Origin: Eledone cirrhosa | Lineage: Eukaryota | Assembly: GCA_964016885.1 (NCBI GenBank) | Contig: OZ024760.1 | Location: 15,128,001 to 15,192,000, forward strand | DNA length: 64,000 nt | Direction of reading: 5' to 3' | Part shown: positions 1 through 13,444 of the stretch, in pieces | Numbering within the stretch: position 1 is the stretch's first letter | Layout of the letters: each line of letters starts with the position of its first letter | Program-made: the position numbers and the translations under genes | The notes under the pieces: model-generated | Told to the model about the DNA's origin: nothing | Seen by the model: only the letters and a program-made list of their open reading frames with translations | The model's database searches: none

Positions 1-264
1 CAGACATTTCTCTCCCGTCACCATTGTGTTCTCTCTCTCTCTCCATCATATATTATTACCTATCTAGTCAACGGTATACGTGTAATCTCTGTTTACATTT
101 ACGACAGGGTACTTCTTGAGCAAGTTCCTTCACGTTGCACGTTTGTTTGTCCAGTCTACTCAATACACTTTCAGTTATTGTGCTGCTAAGCTACTACTAC
201 TACTCCTACTACAATCAACGGTACTACTACTACTACTACTACTACTACTCTGTTGCTCCCTAAA

Positions 265-454
265 TTAAACCTTTAGCATTTAAACAGCCATATCTGGCCA
301 GAATTCTCTAACCTCTTTCTGTTCAAACCGGCTATAACTGGCCACTCATACTGATGTTAACGTATTGTTCTTAAAATATATAACATCAAAATATCATAGA
401 TTACCGTGAAAATATAATAGTATATATAGAGTAATATAAATGCTAAAGGGTTAA
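265..454. mobile_element. piggyBac-like MITE (family M1)
   Basis: TTAA flanks, TIR (C)CCTTTAGCATTT / AAATGCTAAAGGG; more than 15 related copies in the window. Confidence 0.8.
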
Positions 455-1439
455 TGATAGGGATTTTGTTCTCACATCTGTATCGGTTTAGCCAGTTCCC
501 TCACAGAATGTCTCTGGGATATTTTAGTGTTAGGGGCCCCAGTCCTATCATGATTCAACCTTATAGAATTAACTGCCAAATCTGACACTTTACCTCACAT
601 AATCTCACATAATATCAAATCTATGAGATTCTGATATTTATTTTGAGAACAATACCTTAACATCAATATGAGCGATCATTTACAGCTGGTTTGTACAGAA
701 ATTCTGGCTGGATATGGCCAGTTTAAATGCTAAAGGGTTGAAATATCCCAGAGGCATCCTGTGAGATTCAAACTTATAGGAGGAAGGCTAAACTGATACA
801 GATGTGAGAGCCCCTATCATTAAGGTACCCAAAGGTCTTATGAGATGGATGTAAAATTCCTAAAAGGCCGGATAAAACTTCAGATGTGAGATTTGACTGT
901 TGATTTAATAGTGGAACCATAGGAGGCCTGCAGTTCCTATCATTAAACCACACGAGGCCTACAGCTCCTATCATTTAAATACATGAGGCCTGCAGCTTCT
1001 ATCATTAAGAGACACATGAGGCCTCCTGTGAGATGCAACCTTGTAGGGGGGTTAGCTAAACTTACATGGGTGTAAGCTTGTAACAACACCCACTACATAT
1101 GCAGGAGTTTTGACCCATGGTGTGTAGCTTCCGTTGTTAATGAAAATAAAATTACATCTCTTCCTCTCTCTCTCTCTCCCCTTTCCCCTCCTCACCCATC
1201 CTGCTTTATTAATAGTCCCCCATCCCACCAAAAACAAAAAACAAAAAGACGTTTTGCATGCAAACTTCTTCTGGCATTCACACTCTCTTTATAGTGTATG
1301 TATATATTTAAACATGTGTGTATATGTGTGTGTATATATAAAGTGAGAGAGAATAAAATGGGTGCGCGCGTGCAAGTTCTTAATTGTATTGGCATATATT
1401 TGAGTATGCTACATCTTTGCAACCCTGTCCCCTTATTTG

Positions 1440-1490
<51 letters not shown>

Positions 1491-1566
1491 CATATACCCA
1501 TCTCTACATAATTTAATTCTCTTTTTCTTTTTCCCTCACTGGATACTGTAGCAGTTTGCAGAGCAG

Positions 1567-1645
<79 letters not shown>

Positions 1646-1778
1646 AGAGTCAAGACCCCAACACCTTTTCAACAGCTAGTTCCAGACTCTTTATAATATA
1701 TAACCATACTCTACTATCCCAAGTATTGAGTACTCTGTTGTGTAATGGTCTAACCAGTTTCAAACTGAATCCATCCTG

Positions 1779-1814
<36 letters not shown>

Positions 1815-2902
1815 CATAGTACCCATAAAAAATGACTGTTTATAGTAAAAGAAATATCTAAATTGATAATTCTTTGATTACAACACTATGTAAAAATGTT
1901 TGAATCCTTGATTTTCCTTGACCTTCTCCTTCATGTCATTCCAGTCATAGCCGTGTTTTATTTTACGTCCATTTAAGTCAATTAAAGAAAATTTGGAAGA
2001 AAATTATTGTAAACATTATCAAACATATATTCACTGAAGTACGATATGCCTTTGTTCTACTTATGTATCTGTCTGCCTGTCTATCAGTCTGTCAGTCTAT
2101 CTTTGAACTGCTATTAGGATTCGCGCTTTGTTGTTGTTGTTATTGTCGAAGATAGATATATTGGTAAATATACATAAATAGATAACTGTAGATCGACAGT
2201 TAGACAGACAGATAGATGTAGATATATGAATAGGTATATAGAGTGGTAGATATTACAGATAGGTATATAGAGTGGTAGATATATAGACAGGTATATAAAT
2301 AGAGCAGTAAATATCCAGATATTTATATAGATAGAGTGGTAGATATACAGATAGGTATATAAGCATTCTTACCTCTCGTAGCAAACACATGCACAGACAT
2401 GAAACAAAGAAAAAAGGGACAACAAACAGACAGACACAATGGAGTAGAAGTTTAAGACTAAGAAAAAGAGGAGGCACAAAAGATAATCATCAAGGAGGTC
2501 ACATAATGTGTGACGAAAGAACTTTGATAAACAAGTGAAAATCATATGGTGCATGTGTTTTCTTTCTGGTGGCAATATTGGGCCATTCCCAAATATAACA
2601 ATATATATATATATATATATATATATGCAAAGAGTTGAAACAAATACCACAAGGCACCTTGGACTGGTACTATATTTTATTGACCTTCGAATAAAGGAAG
2701 GCAAAGTTGACATCAGCGGGATTTGAACTCAAAGTGCAGAGAACTGGAACAAATACCACAAGGCATTTAATTCCTCCTCCCCACCCCACCCGATGCTCTA
2801 CCGACTCTGAGAATTTGCCAACTGCTTTTGTAAAGAAATGTGTCAAGTTCATGTGTCATCTTTGTATAATATACTGTATGTATATAATAGTGAGGAAACA
2901 GC

Positions 2903-3875
2903 TGTGGTGGTCTTAGTGGTGATGGTGTGGTAGTGTGGTGGTAGTGTGGTGGTGGTGGTCTTAGTGGTGATGGTGGTGGTCTTAGTGGTGATGGTGTGGT
3001 AGTGTGGTGGTAGTGTGGTGGTGGTGGTCTTAGTGGTGATGGTGGTGGTCTTAGTGGTGATGGTGTGGTAGTGTGGTGGTGGTGGTCTTAGGGGTGATGG
3101 TGGTGGTCTTAGTGGTGATGGTGTGGTAGTGTGGTGGTGGTGGTCTTAGGGGTGATGGTGTGGTAGTGTGGTGGTGATGGTGTGGTAGTGTGGTGGTGGT
3201 GGTCTTAGGGGTGATGGTGTGGTAGTGTGGTGGTAGTGTGGTGGTGGTGGTCTTAGGGGTGATGGTGTGGTAGTGTGGTGGTGGTGGTCTTAGTGGTGAT
3301 GGTGTGGTAGTGTGGTGGTGGTGGTCTTAGTGGTGATGGTGTGGTAGTGTGGTGGTGGTGGTCTTAGTGAGTGGTGATGGTGTGGTAGTGTGGTGGTGGT
3401 GGTCTTAGTGGTGATGGTGTGGTAGTGTGGTGGTGGTGGTCTTAGTGGTGATGGTGTGGTAGTGTGGTGGTGGTGGTCTTAGGGGTGATGGTGTGGTAGT
3501 GTGGTGGTGGTGGTCTTAGTGGTGATGGTGTGGTAGTGTGGTGGTGGTCTTAGTGGTGATGGTGTGGTAGTGTGGTGATGGTGTGGTAGTGGTGGTGGTC
3601 TTAGTGATGGTAATGATGATAGTGTTGGTCTTAGTGATGATGGTGTTGGTCTTAGTGATGATGGTGGTGGTCTTAGTGATGATGGTGGTGGTCTTAGTAG
3701 TAGTGGTGGTGGCCGTCGTTATCTTAGTAATGGTGGTGATGATGATGGTGATAGTGGTCCTAGTAATATTGGTGATGGTGGTCTTAGTGATAGTAGTAGT
3801 GGTGGTGGTCTTAATAATATTGGTGATGATGATGGTGGTGGTGGTAATAGTCCTAGAGGAGGTGGCGGTGGTGGT
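2903..3875. repeat. GTG-rich minisatellite (GGTCTTAGTGGTGATGGTGTGGTAGTGT)
   Basis: Variable-length tandem units, degenerate to the right. Confidence 0.9.
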
Positions 3876-4202
3876 GAGAAAAGACTGGCCCTTTGAATTA
3901 CAGGTACAGTCCATCTTATATTACAATGTAAGTGGTTGAGTATTCCACTGACACATGTAACCATAACATAATTCTCAGGGAGATTCAGCATGACACAGTG
4001 TGCGAGAAAACTGGCCCTTTGAATTACAGATACAGTCCATCGGGCTTCCAAACAGTTTCTGTATACCACGTTTCGCTCACAAGGTATGGGTTGACCCAAT
4101 GCTGTGGTAAATAACATTTACCCAATATGACCTACAGTGGGATTGAACCAGGGACCTGGTGGTTACCAAGTGGCCTACTAAACTATTTGGTTATGTTACA
4201 CA

Positions 4203-4802
4203 GACATGTGTGTATGGAGGGGGAATATCAGGTGTAGTGTTGGCAAATCTCAGGAAGCATGGAAGTTTTAAAGGATGCAGTGTCTCGACAGCTAACTACC
4301 TGCATCAGTTGTTAGCTGTCGAGACACTGCATCCTTTAAAACCTCCATGGAACAAACTACCTGCATCAGTTGTTAGCTGTCGAGATACTGCATCCTTTAA
4401 AACCTCCATGGAACAAACTACCTGCATCAGTTGTTAGCTGTCGAGACACTGCATCCTTTAAAACCTCCATGGAACAAACTACCTGCATCAGTTGTTAGCT
4501 GTCGAGACACTACATCCTTTAAAACCTCCATGGAACAAACTACCTGCATCAGTTGTTAGCTGTCGAGACACTGCATCCTTTAAAACCTCCATGGAACAAA
4601 CTACCTGCATCAGTTGTTAGCTGTCGAGACACTGCATCCTTTAAAACCTCCATGCTTCCTGAGATTCGCCACCACTACACCTGATATTCCCCCTCCATAC
4701 ACTATTCACTTCCCTGACATTTGTATATTATTCTATGTACTATACATGCACCTTTTGATGAGTTGTAGTGCACCTGAGCACTGTACACAATAATTTCATT
4801 AT
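4203..4802 (+). mobile_element. CR1-like 3' end with inverted 5' piece and 6x 60-bp internal tandem repeat
   Basis: 4203-4296 is the reverse complement of about 4615-4702; WNKLPASVVSCRDTASFK unit repeated. Confidence 0.8.
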
Positions 4803-4887
4803 CATCCTTTCGGGGTCGATAAAATAAAGTACCAGTAATGCACTGGGTAATTGCTGGCCTTGTGCCAAAAGTAGAAACAATTATTGT

Positions 4888-4957
<70 letters not shown>

Positions 4958-5440
4958 CTACACAGATACACAGATACATATACACACACACAGTGGGCTG
5001 TGTGTGATCAAAGAGTTGCTAGACAGCTGATGTTTGTTTAGAAAGTGAGACATTGGAAGTCTTCAAGTGTCAGGCAGCATATTGATGGTGGCGGTAGAGG
5101 TGGTGGTGGTGGTGGTGGTGGTGGCATTGGTGGTGGTGGTGGTGGTGGCATTGGTGGTGGTGGTGGTGGTGGTGGTGGTAGAGGCATTGGTGGTGGTGGT
5201 GGTGGTGGTAGAGGTAGAGGCGGTGGTGGAGGTGGTGGAGGTAGAGGCATTGATGGTGGAGGTAGAGGTGGTGGTGGTGGGAGTGGCAATGTTTGATGTT
5301 GGCAGAGGTGGTGGTGGTGGTGGTGGTGGTGGTGGACAGGCTGTGTCGATGTTGGTGGGGGTCATGGTAGAGACAGTGGTGGTGTGGTAGCTCTTTCTAT
5401 TCAACAGCTGATTTCTAAAGCAATCAATAAACCGGTGACT

Positions 5441-5586
5441 CATATACATATATATGTATATATATACATATATATATACATATATATGTATATATACATA
5501 TATATGTATGTATATACATATATATATATACATATATATGTATATATACATATATATGTATGTATATACATATATATGTATATATA

Positions 5587-5618
<32 letters not shown>

Positions 5619-5620
5619 CA

Positions 5621-5655
<35 letters not shown>

Positions 5656-5783
5656 GTATATATATATGCATATATACATATATATGTATATATACATATA
5701 TATATGTATATATATATGTATATATGTATATACATATATATACATATATATATATATACATATATATATACATATATATATAC

Positions 5784-5840
<57 letters not shown>

Positions 5841-5841
5841 C

Positions 5842-5888
<47 letters not shown>

Positions 5889-5925
5889 CATACATATATA
5901 TATATATATACATATATGTACATAC

Positions 5926-5960
<35 letters not shown>

Positions 5961-6048
5961 CATATATATACATATATATATATATACACATACATATATA
6001 CATATATATATGTATATATATATATACATACATATATATGTGTGTGTG

Positions 6049-6109
<61 letters not shown>

Positions 6110-6194
6110 ATATATATATGTGTGTGTGTATATATATATGTGTGTGTGTGTGTGTATATATATATATGTGTGTGTGTGTGTATATATATATATA

Positions 6195-6225
<31 letters not shown>

Positions 6226-6336
6226 GTGTGTGTGTGTATATATATATATGTGTGTGTGTATATATTTATGTGTTTGCGTGACTCATATGGGATTTAATTA
6301 TGCACCTGTATGTGTAAATGCAAAAATAAAAAAAAT

Positions 6337-6390
<54 letters not shown>
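5441..6390. repeat. Compound (TA)/(CATA)/(TG)/(CA) microsatellite
   Basis: Direct inspection. Confidence 0.95.
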
Positions 6391-6394
<4 letters not shown>

Positions 6395-6737
6395 ACATAC
6401 CTTTATCTTGAGAACTCTTGAACAACAACAAAAAACTGCCCAAACATCAAACCTTACTTAGCTGTCTGTTATGTAACTGAAGTAGCTTTATAGATCACCT
6501 GTTAGTAGCCATTGTAATTCTTAGTCTTTGACAGCGACCAGGCTGGAGCATCATCATCACCGTTTTTACCCCCTTTTTTCCATGCCTGCATGGGTTGGAC
6601 GGGTCCTTTTCAGCACTGATTATTTGTCATGATTTTCGTATTTTTGGCACATTTTTTCTTCTGACTGAATGCACTTACTATCACCAACCACATTGCAGCA
6701 TGGACTGGGGGGGCATTATTTGTGCTGCCTGCACTAG

Positions 6738-7002
6738 GGAGGTACAAGGTCAGGTGGTAAGGGTGTTGGACTTACAATTGTAATGTAGTGGGTTCGATTC
6801 CTGGGTTGGGTTGCGTGTTGTGTTCTTGAGCATAACACTTCATTTTCCGTTGCTTCAGTATACTCAGTTGAAAATGAGTACCAGCAATAGCTGGGGGTTT
6901 GATACTGTAATGGACTGGTGTCCTGTCCAGGGGAGTCTTGTATTCTCAGTCGCTTCACACCATGAAACCGAGATAAGCACCGGCCTAAGAAGCCTTCTGG
7001 CT
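6738..7002 (+). mobile_element. SINE family C (V-domain-like)
   Basis: B box GGTTCGATTCC, central ATGGACTGGTGTCCTGTCCAGGG. Confidence 0.7.
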
Positions 7003-7212
7003 TAACCCTTTAGTATTTACATTATATATACTATTGCATTTTTGTAGTAAAGGTTTTATCTTACATAATTATCTCACATAATAGCAAATCTATGAGATTT
7101 TGATATTTATTTTGAGAACAATACCTTAATGTCAGTATAAGCGGCCAGTTTGTACAGAAAGAGGTGAGAGAATTCTGGTCGGATACAGCTGGTTTAAATG
7201 CTAAAGGATTAA
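7002..7212. mobile_element. piggyBac-like MITE M1
   Basis: TTAA-CCCTTTAG ... CTAAAGGA-TTAA, opposite orientation. Confidence 0.8.
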
Positions 7213-7350
7213 GACAGACTTAGCACTAGGGAGGTTGTCTTACTGGACTCAAGAGCCCTCACCCTATAATTGTTTTGTTTTTTTCAAGTCTGGCATATAT
7301 TTTATCGATTATTTTTTGTTGAACTGCTAAGTTACAGTATATACACAGAC

Positions 7351-7408
<58 letters not shown>

Positions 7409-9409
7409 GTTAAACAGGTCCTCACAGACTGAGTCAGTATTTAATCAAAGCTACAATCTTTTCAGATAAGGTGAAGAGTCTCCATTTTTCTTACATACTA
7501 TCCAGAATATTACATTGTGCTGAGTTCAGTTTACCATGGCTCCAACACCAGAGAAGTTGTCATATCTTTGATACAACTGAAGGGTCCTTTCAACCCTTTG
7601 TCTTGCATGGGTTCTACAGCTTGATGACATTTCTAATGCCAACCACTTTACAGAGTGTACTGAGTGTGTAATAACAAAGCACCAGCTCTAGGGAAATTGG
7701 TTGATTCCAATGTTTAGAGTACCTTTACTAGTAGACAGATCATAGTGATGTTTTGTACTTTTCAAGAATGTCTTGCTAATGTGGTTTCATGTGATTTGTT
7801 AATTCAAATATTTATATCTTTACTAGTAGACAGATTGTTGTCAAAATTTGTAGAATTAGAGTAAAGACTTTAATATTTGATGTGATGCAGTCATAGTGTT
7901 GTTTAGTACTTTGCAAGAATGTTTTGCTAATGTGGTTTGTTAATTCAAATATTTATAGTACCTTTATTAGTGGACAGATTGTTGTCAAAATTTACCACAT
8001 TAGAGTAAAGACTTTAATATTTAACCCTTTAGCATTTAAACCAGCCATATCGCCAGAATTCCCTCACCTCTTTCTGTTCAAACCAACTGTAATCAAAATA
8101 AATAATATCAAAATCTCATAGATTCGATATTATGTGAGATAAAGCCTTTACCATGAAAATACAATAGTATATATCGAGTAATGTAAATGTTGGGTTAATG
8201 TGATCCAGTCACAGTGTTGTTTTGTACTTTGAAAGAATGTCTTGCTAATGTGGTTTCATGTGGTAGAGGACTTTAAGAGTTAAGAAACCGTGGTAACACA
8301 TGACTTCAGATTGTTGGTCCTTTCTCAGGTGTGACAAAACTGAGTGCTTACCTGTCTTCATTCTTATGTTCTAGACGGCAGGTGAAATTCTTTAGAATAA
8401 CTGAACCACAATTTTTTTTACTTTCATGTTGCTATAGTAACGGAGTGAGCAAGTGCGTAGTTAGTGTTGCTGTTGTTGTTGTTATTGTTTGGCAGTGATG
8501 GTTTCGGTGGTGGTGGTGGTGGTGTTGGATAGTTGTTGGGGCTTGTGTTGAAGGTAGTGGCGGCAGTCGTTGGTAGCTTTGGTCGTTGGTGGTGGATGGA
8601 AGTGGTTGTTGGGGGTCGTGTTGATGGTAGTGAGGGTACTGGTTGATGGTGATGGTGGTGGTTGGTGGGGACGAGTGGCTGGTGGCTATGGTGGATGGTT
8701 GTTGGAGGTTGTGTTGATGGTAGTGGATTGTAACTGTTGTTGTTGATGGTGTTGGATGGTTGTGGGAGATTGTGTTGATGGTAGTGGTTGGTAACTGTTG
8801 TTGTTGGTGCTGTTGGGTGGTTGGTGGTGGTAGTGGTAGTGATTGTTGGGTGGTAGTGGTGGTACTAGCTGATGGTAGTGATTGCTGGGTGGTGTTGGGT
8901 GGTTGGTGGTGGTAGTGGTAGTGATTGTTGGGTGGTAGTGGTGGTACTAGCTGATGGTAGTGATTGCTGGGTGGTGTTGGGTGGTTGGTGGTGGTAGTGG
9001 TAGTGATTGTTGGGTGGTAGTGGTGGTACTAGCTGATGGTAGTGATTGCTGGGTGGTACATTACACCAGTCTACCATGGTGGCACCACTGGCATGCAGCC
9101 AGACAATGTCTTGGATGTTTTTGTTTCTGTGTTAGTCGGACAGAGGGCAGGAGGGTAAGAGGGTGGGTTGGTGGTGAATGGCAGAGGTGGGGTGGAAGCG
9201 ATGGAGAACAGGAAGGTGAGGGTGTATGGAGGTTGTGAAGGATGGAGTTTGCTGCAAGTAATTGCATACTTAGGCAGGTCTGATAACTGTTAACAGATTC
9301 TTATGTATATATATGTATGTATGTATATATGTATGTATGTATATATGTATGTATATGTATGTATATATATATATATGTATATGTATATATGTATGTATAT
9401 GTATATATG

Positions 9410-9473
<64 letters not shown>

Positions 9474-10081
9474 CACTGCAGTTATAGGAGTGACATCAAG
9501 TTTAAGGTTGGGCTGCATATGTGTGAGCTGCACACAGATGGCTGCTTCTGTGTGTGCATGTTGTTGCATATACGTATATGCAAGTCTGTGTGAATATGTT
9601 GCTTCTTTGTGTGTGTCTGTGAGAGCTGCATGTTGTTGCATGTATATGTATGTCTATGTATGTGTGTGTGTGTGTGTGTGTGAGCTGCACTGGTTTAAAT
9701 AGTTTGAGATAATAATAAATAATACAATAAAATACTGCGTTAGTTAAAACTAATGTCTTTGATAACTGTATGAAGTGGTGGGTTATGTTATGATTGGCAG
9801 TGGTGATGGTATTGGTTGCAGTAGTAGTAGTGGTGGTGGTAGTGGTAGTGATACCAATAGTTGCAGTAACAGCAGCAATAACAGCCAAGCAAGGAACAAG
9901 ATTTTTGCAAATACTTTTCATTTCTGCGATACTAAAACTGTGTTTGTATGTTTGTTGGTTCGTTAATTGTTGCTCAAATAAATGTTTTCATTTATGTACT
10001 TACTTAGTCTATTTGGCATCAAACTGCCTGAAACTATCTCTAGTTCTCTGACACATTACTGTTTATTTCAAAGTGTTTATA

Positions 10082-10737
10082 TTAACCCCTTAGCATTTAT
10101 ATTGAAGCTCCGACGTCTGGCAACTGACTTGCTAAATAAACACCCACAAAATTATTAATCATCTTGCCAACCACAACCCTGAACACCTTTTTGAATTCCA
10201 TGTGTCTAACACAACAGAAAACAGCACAGCTCCCATGACTTTCGGAAAAAAATGTTCGCGCTCAGAGTTGCTGAAGCATGGAACAAACTACCTGCATCAG
10301 TTGTTAGTTGTCGGGACACTCCTTCCTTTTAAACCTCCATGCTTCCTGAAATTCGCCAACACTAGATCTGATATTCCCCCTCCATACAAACACATGTATC
10401 TGTGTGTATATCATGACTCGTACACTATTCACTTTCCTGTCATTTGTACATTATTCTATGTACTATTCATTCACCTTTGATGAGTTGTAGTGCACCTGAG
10501 CACTGTACACAATAATTTGATCATTATTATTACTCTATATATACTGTTGTATTTTTGTGGTAAAGGTTTTATCTTACATAATTATCTCACATAATATTGA
10601 ATCTACGAAATTTTGATGTTTTTTATTTTGAGAACAATACCTTAATGTCAATATGAGTGGCTGGTTTTGGACGGTTTGAACAGAAAGAGGTGAGAGATTC
10701 TGGTCGGATATAACCGGTTTAAATGCTAAAGGGTTAA
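10082..10737. mobile_element. piggyBac-like MITE M1 interrupted by a CR1 3' fragment
   Basis: TIR at 10082, element resumes at about 10531 and ends GGGTTAA. Confidence 0.75.
10104..10530 (+). mobile_element. CR1-like LINE 3' end
   Basis: Encodes LRVAEAWNKLPASVVSCRDT.SFK (CR1 ORF2 C-terminus), then 3' UTR and (ATT)n tail. Confidence 0.8.
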
Positions 10738-11366
10738 GTTATGTTCCAAATACCAGCTTAATAATGAGAAAGTTAGCTATATTACTAAATCCCTCCAAAT
10801 TCTCGATTATTATTTTTTTTTATTATTTTAAAATCATAAGCAGTGTTTTTTTCATTAGGGTTTGGTATTGAAAAGTGTTAAAATGAGTTTGGAATATTTC
10901 AACAATCGTAAATGCATGCATGAGTGAATAATTACACGACAACACTTATACACACAGCCATGCACCAGTGATCTCCTCCGTGTGCACACTCACATATGTG
11001 TAACAGATTATTGCTATCCTCAACTCCCCCCTACCCATCACAGTTTATTTGCTCCACACTTTTATAGAGTCCTCTTGACACATGCTGTACTTTTACTTAT
11101 AAAAGTTCATGTCTTTTTACTGCCCTGATCTCCCCGCCCCCCTCCCTCTCTCTCTCCTCAGCTGATAGGGTGTGTTTGTATATGTTTGTGTGTATGTGTA
11201 TATATGTGTATATATGTATATATATATATCATCATCATCATTTTTATTTCCGCAAACATACAAACAGAAACATCTCAGCTGAGAAAAGAGAAAAGATGCG
11301 TGTGTGTGTGTGGACAAATATATGTATGTATATATATATGTGTACACATATATACGTGTGTGTATG

Positions 11367-11408
<42 letters not shown>

Positions 11409-11448
11409 TATGTGTGTGTGTGTGTATTTGTTTGTGTGTAGACATATG

Positions 11449-11494
<46 letters not shown>

Positions 11495-12413
11495 CATACA
11501 TGTGTGTATGTGAATATATATATATGTGTGTATGTGAATATTTATATATATGTGTGTGTGTGTGTCTACCTTTGTCTCATATTGATATATAATATTGACT
11601 ACAAGTCATCAAATTGCTAGACATTTAATAATTACCTCCACCACCACAACACCACTGTCACACCACCACCACTACAGCACCACTACCACCACAATCGTAC
11701 CACTGTTCCACCACCACCACTACTATCACAGCACTACCACTAGCACAGCACCACCACTGCCACACCGCAACTACTACACCACCACCACTACCACACCACT
11801 ACCACACCACTACCACCACAACCACCACACCACTACCACTCAACAGCCAGGAGTATGGAATATTTGTTTTGTTTTATAAGTAATCCTATTCATCTCTATT
11901 CCCCTCCCCCCAGACAGACACCCCTCCAACCCCAGATCTTTGAAATACAGGTACAATACACATATACATACATATATACTTACACATACATATTTACATA
12001 CATACATATATATATATATATATACATACATACATACATACATACATACATACATACATACATACATACATACATACATACATACATACATACATACATA
12101 CATACATACATCCTATACAAGCGAGACACGGTCACCCGATCAATCTTGCCTCAAGTGGGACAATTCCCGTCTACCCCATCCTAGCCTGGAAGATAGACGT
12201 TAAACGATGATGATGATACATATATATATATCATGGGATAATTTCTTTTCTTTTACAACCTTGCCACCAGGAAGGTGGCCAGTCAAAAATATACTTGAAA
12301 TTAAGAGAAAGAGAAACATACATATATACATACTTACATTCAGGCAAGCAGACATACATGCTTACATATACATATGTTTACATGCATACATACATGTTTA
12401 CATGCATACATAT

Positions 12414-12752
12414 GGAGGCACATGGCTTAGTGGTTAGAGCAGTGGCCTTGCAATCGAAAGGTTGTGAGTTCAATTCTCAGACCGGGTGATGTGTTGTTTC
12501 CTTGAGCAAGACACTTTATTTCACATTGCTCCAGTTTACTCAGCTGTAGAAATGAGATGATAGGGATAGGGGTCCCTATCATTCCACTGCAAAGTGGTCG
12601 TGGAGGTGCCACGGCAAAAAAACACCCAGCACTCACTGTAAATGAGGTTGGTGTTAGGAAGGGCATCCAGCTGTAGAAATCAAGCCAGAATCAGTTCCCG
12701 TCCCACCCTTGCAAGCAGGGAAAAGCGGATGTAAAATGATGATGATGATGAT
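12414..12752 (+). mobile_element. tRNA-derived SINE family A, full length
   Basis: A box TGGCTTAGTGG, B box GAGTTCAATTC, CORE-like CCTTGAGCAAGACACTT, (GAT)n tail. Confidence 0.88.
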
Positions 12753-13027
12753 ACACATAAATGGTAGCATGGAAAATAGCTATTAAATGATGATGATGAT
12801 ACATAGATACACACCGACATAGCCACACACACTCTCTCTCTCTCTCTTACACACACACACATACATTGTATGAAAGTGGCTGAGTATTTCATGTCCACCA
12901 TTTCTATCACTAACTTATCAATCATTAACCAGGCACAACATGTCACTGTATTATGACAAGACTGCACCTTTGTATTGAAAGTATATCTACACACACACCA
13001 CACACACCACACACACACACACACACA

Positions 13028-13065
<38 letters not shown>

Positions 13066-13444
13066 TGCTCACACACACTTCCCCCTATCTCTCTCTCACA
13101 TTCTCACACACTCTCTTTCCTACATACTCAAACCAGGGTTCTGGCCAAAATGTTTACAACAGAATGGACTCTGTTAGAGACGGCCAAGAGCCATGTGAGC
13201 TGGTTATTAAACTGGACAATAGGTTATGTCAGCAGTTCTAAGTTATCGGGCAACATTTCAAAGCTACATGAGCTAGTAACATTTCAAAGTTACCAAGCAG
13301 GCAGCTTTTTACAGCTACATGAGCTGGCAACATTTCTACTACAAAATGGCAACACTTCAAAGCTTCTGCACAGCAATGTTTCAAATCTATCGAGTAGCAA
13401 CATTTTGTTGTGCACAGCACCAATACAGCAACTGCAAAGTTGTG

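Noticed and set aside
5063-6421. Long YI/CV/HT-rich ORFs (310-345 aa) and many similar ones across the window
   Set aside because: Translations of dinucleotide microsatellites.
12414-12486. tRNA gene
   Set aside because: A/B boxes are present but there is no acceptor stem, and it runs into a SINE body.
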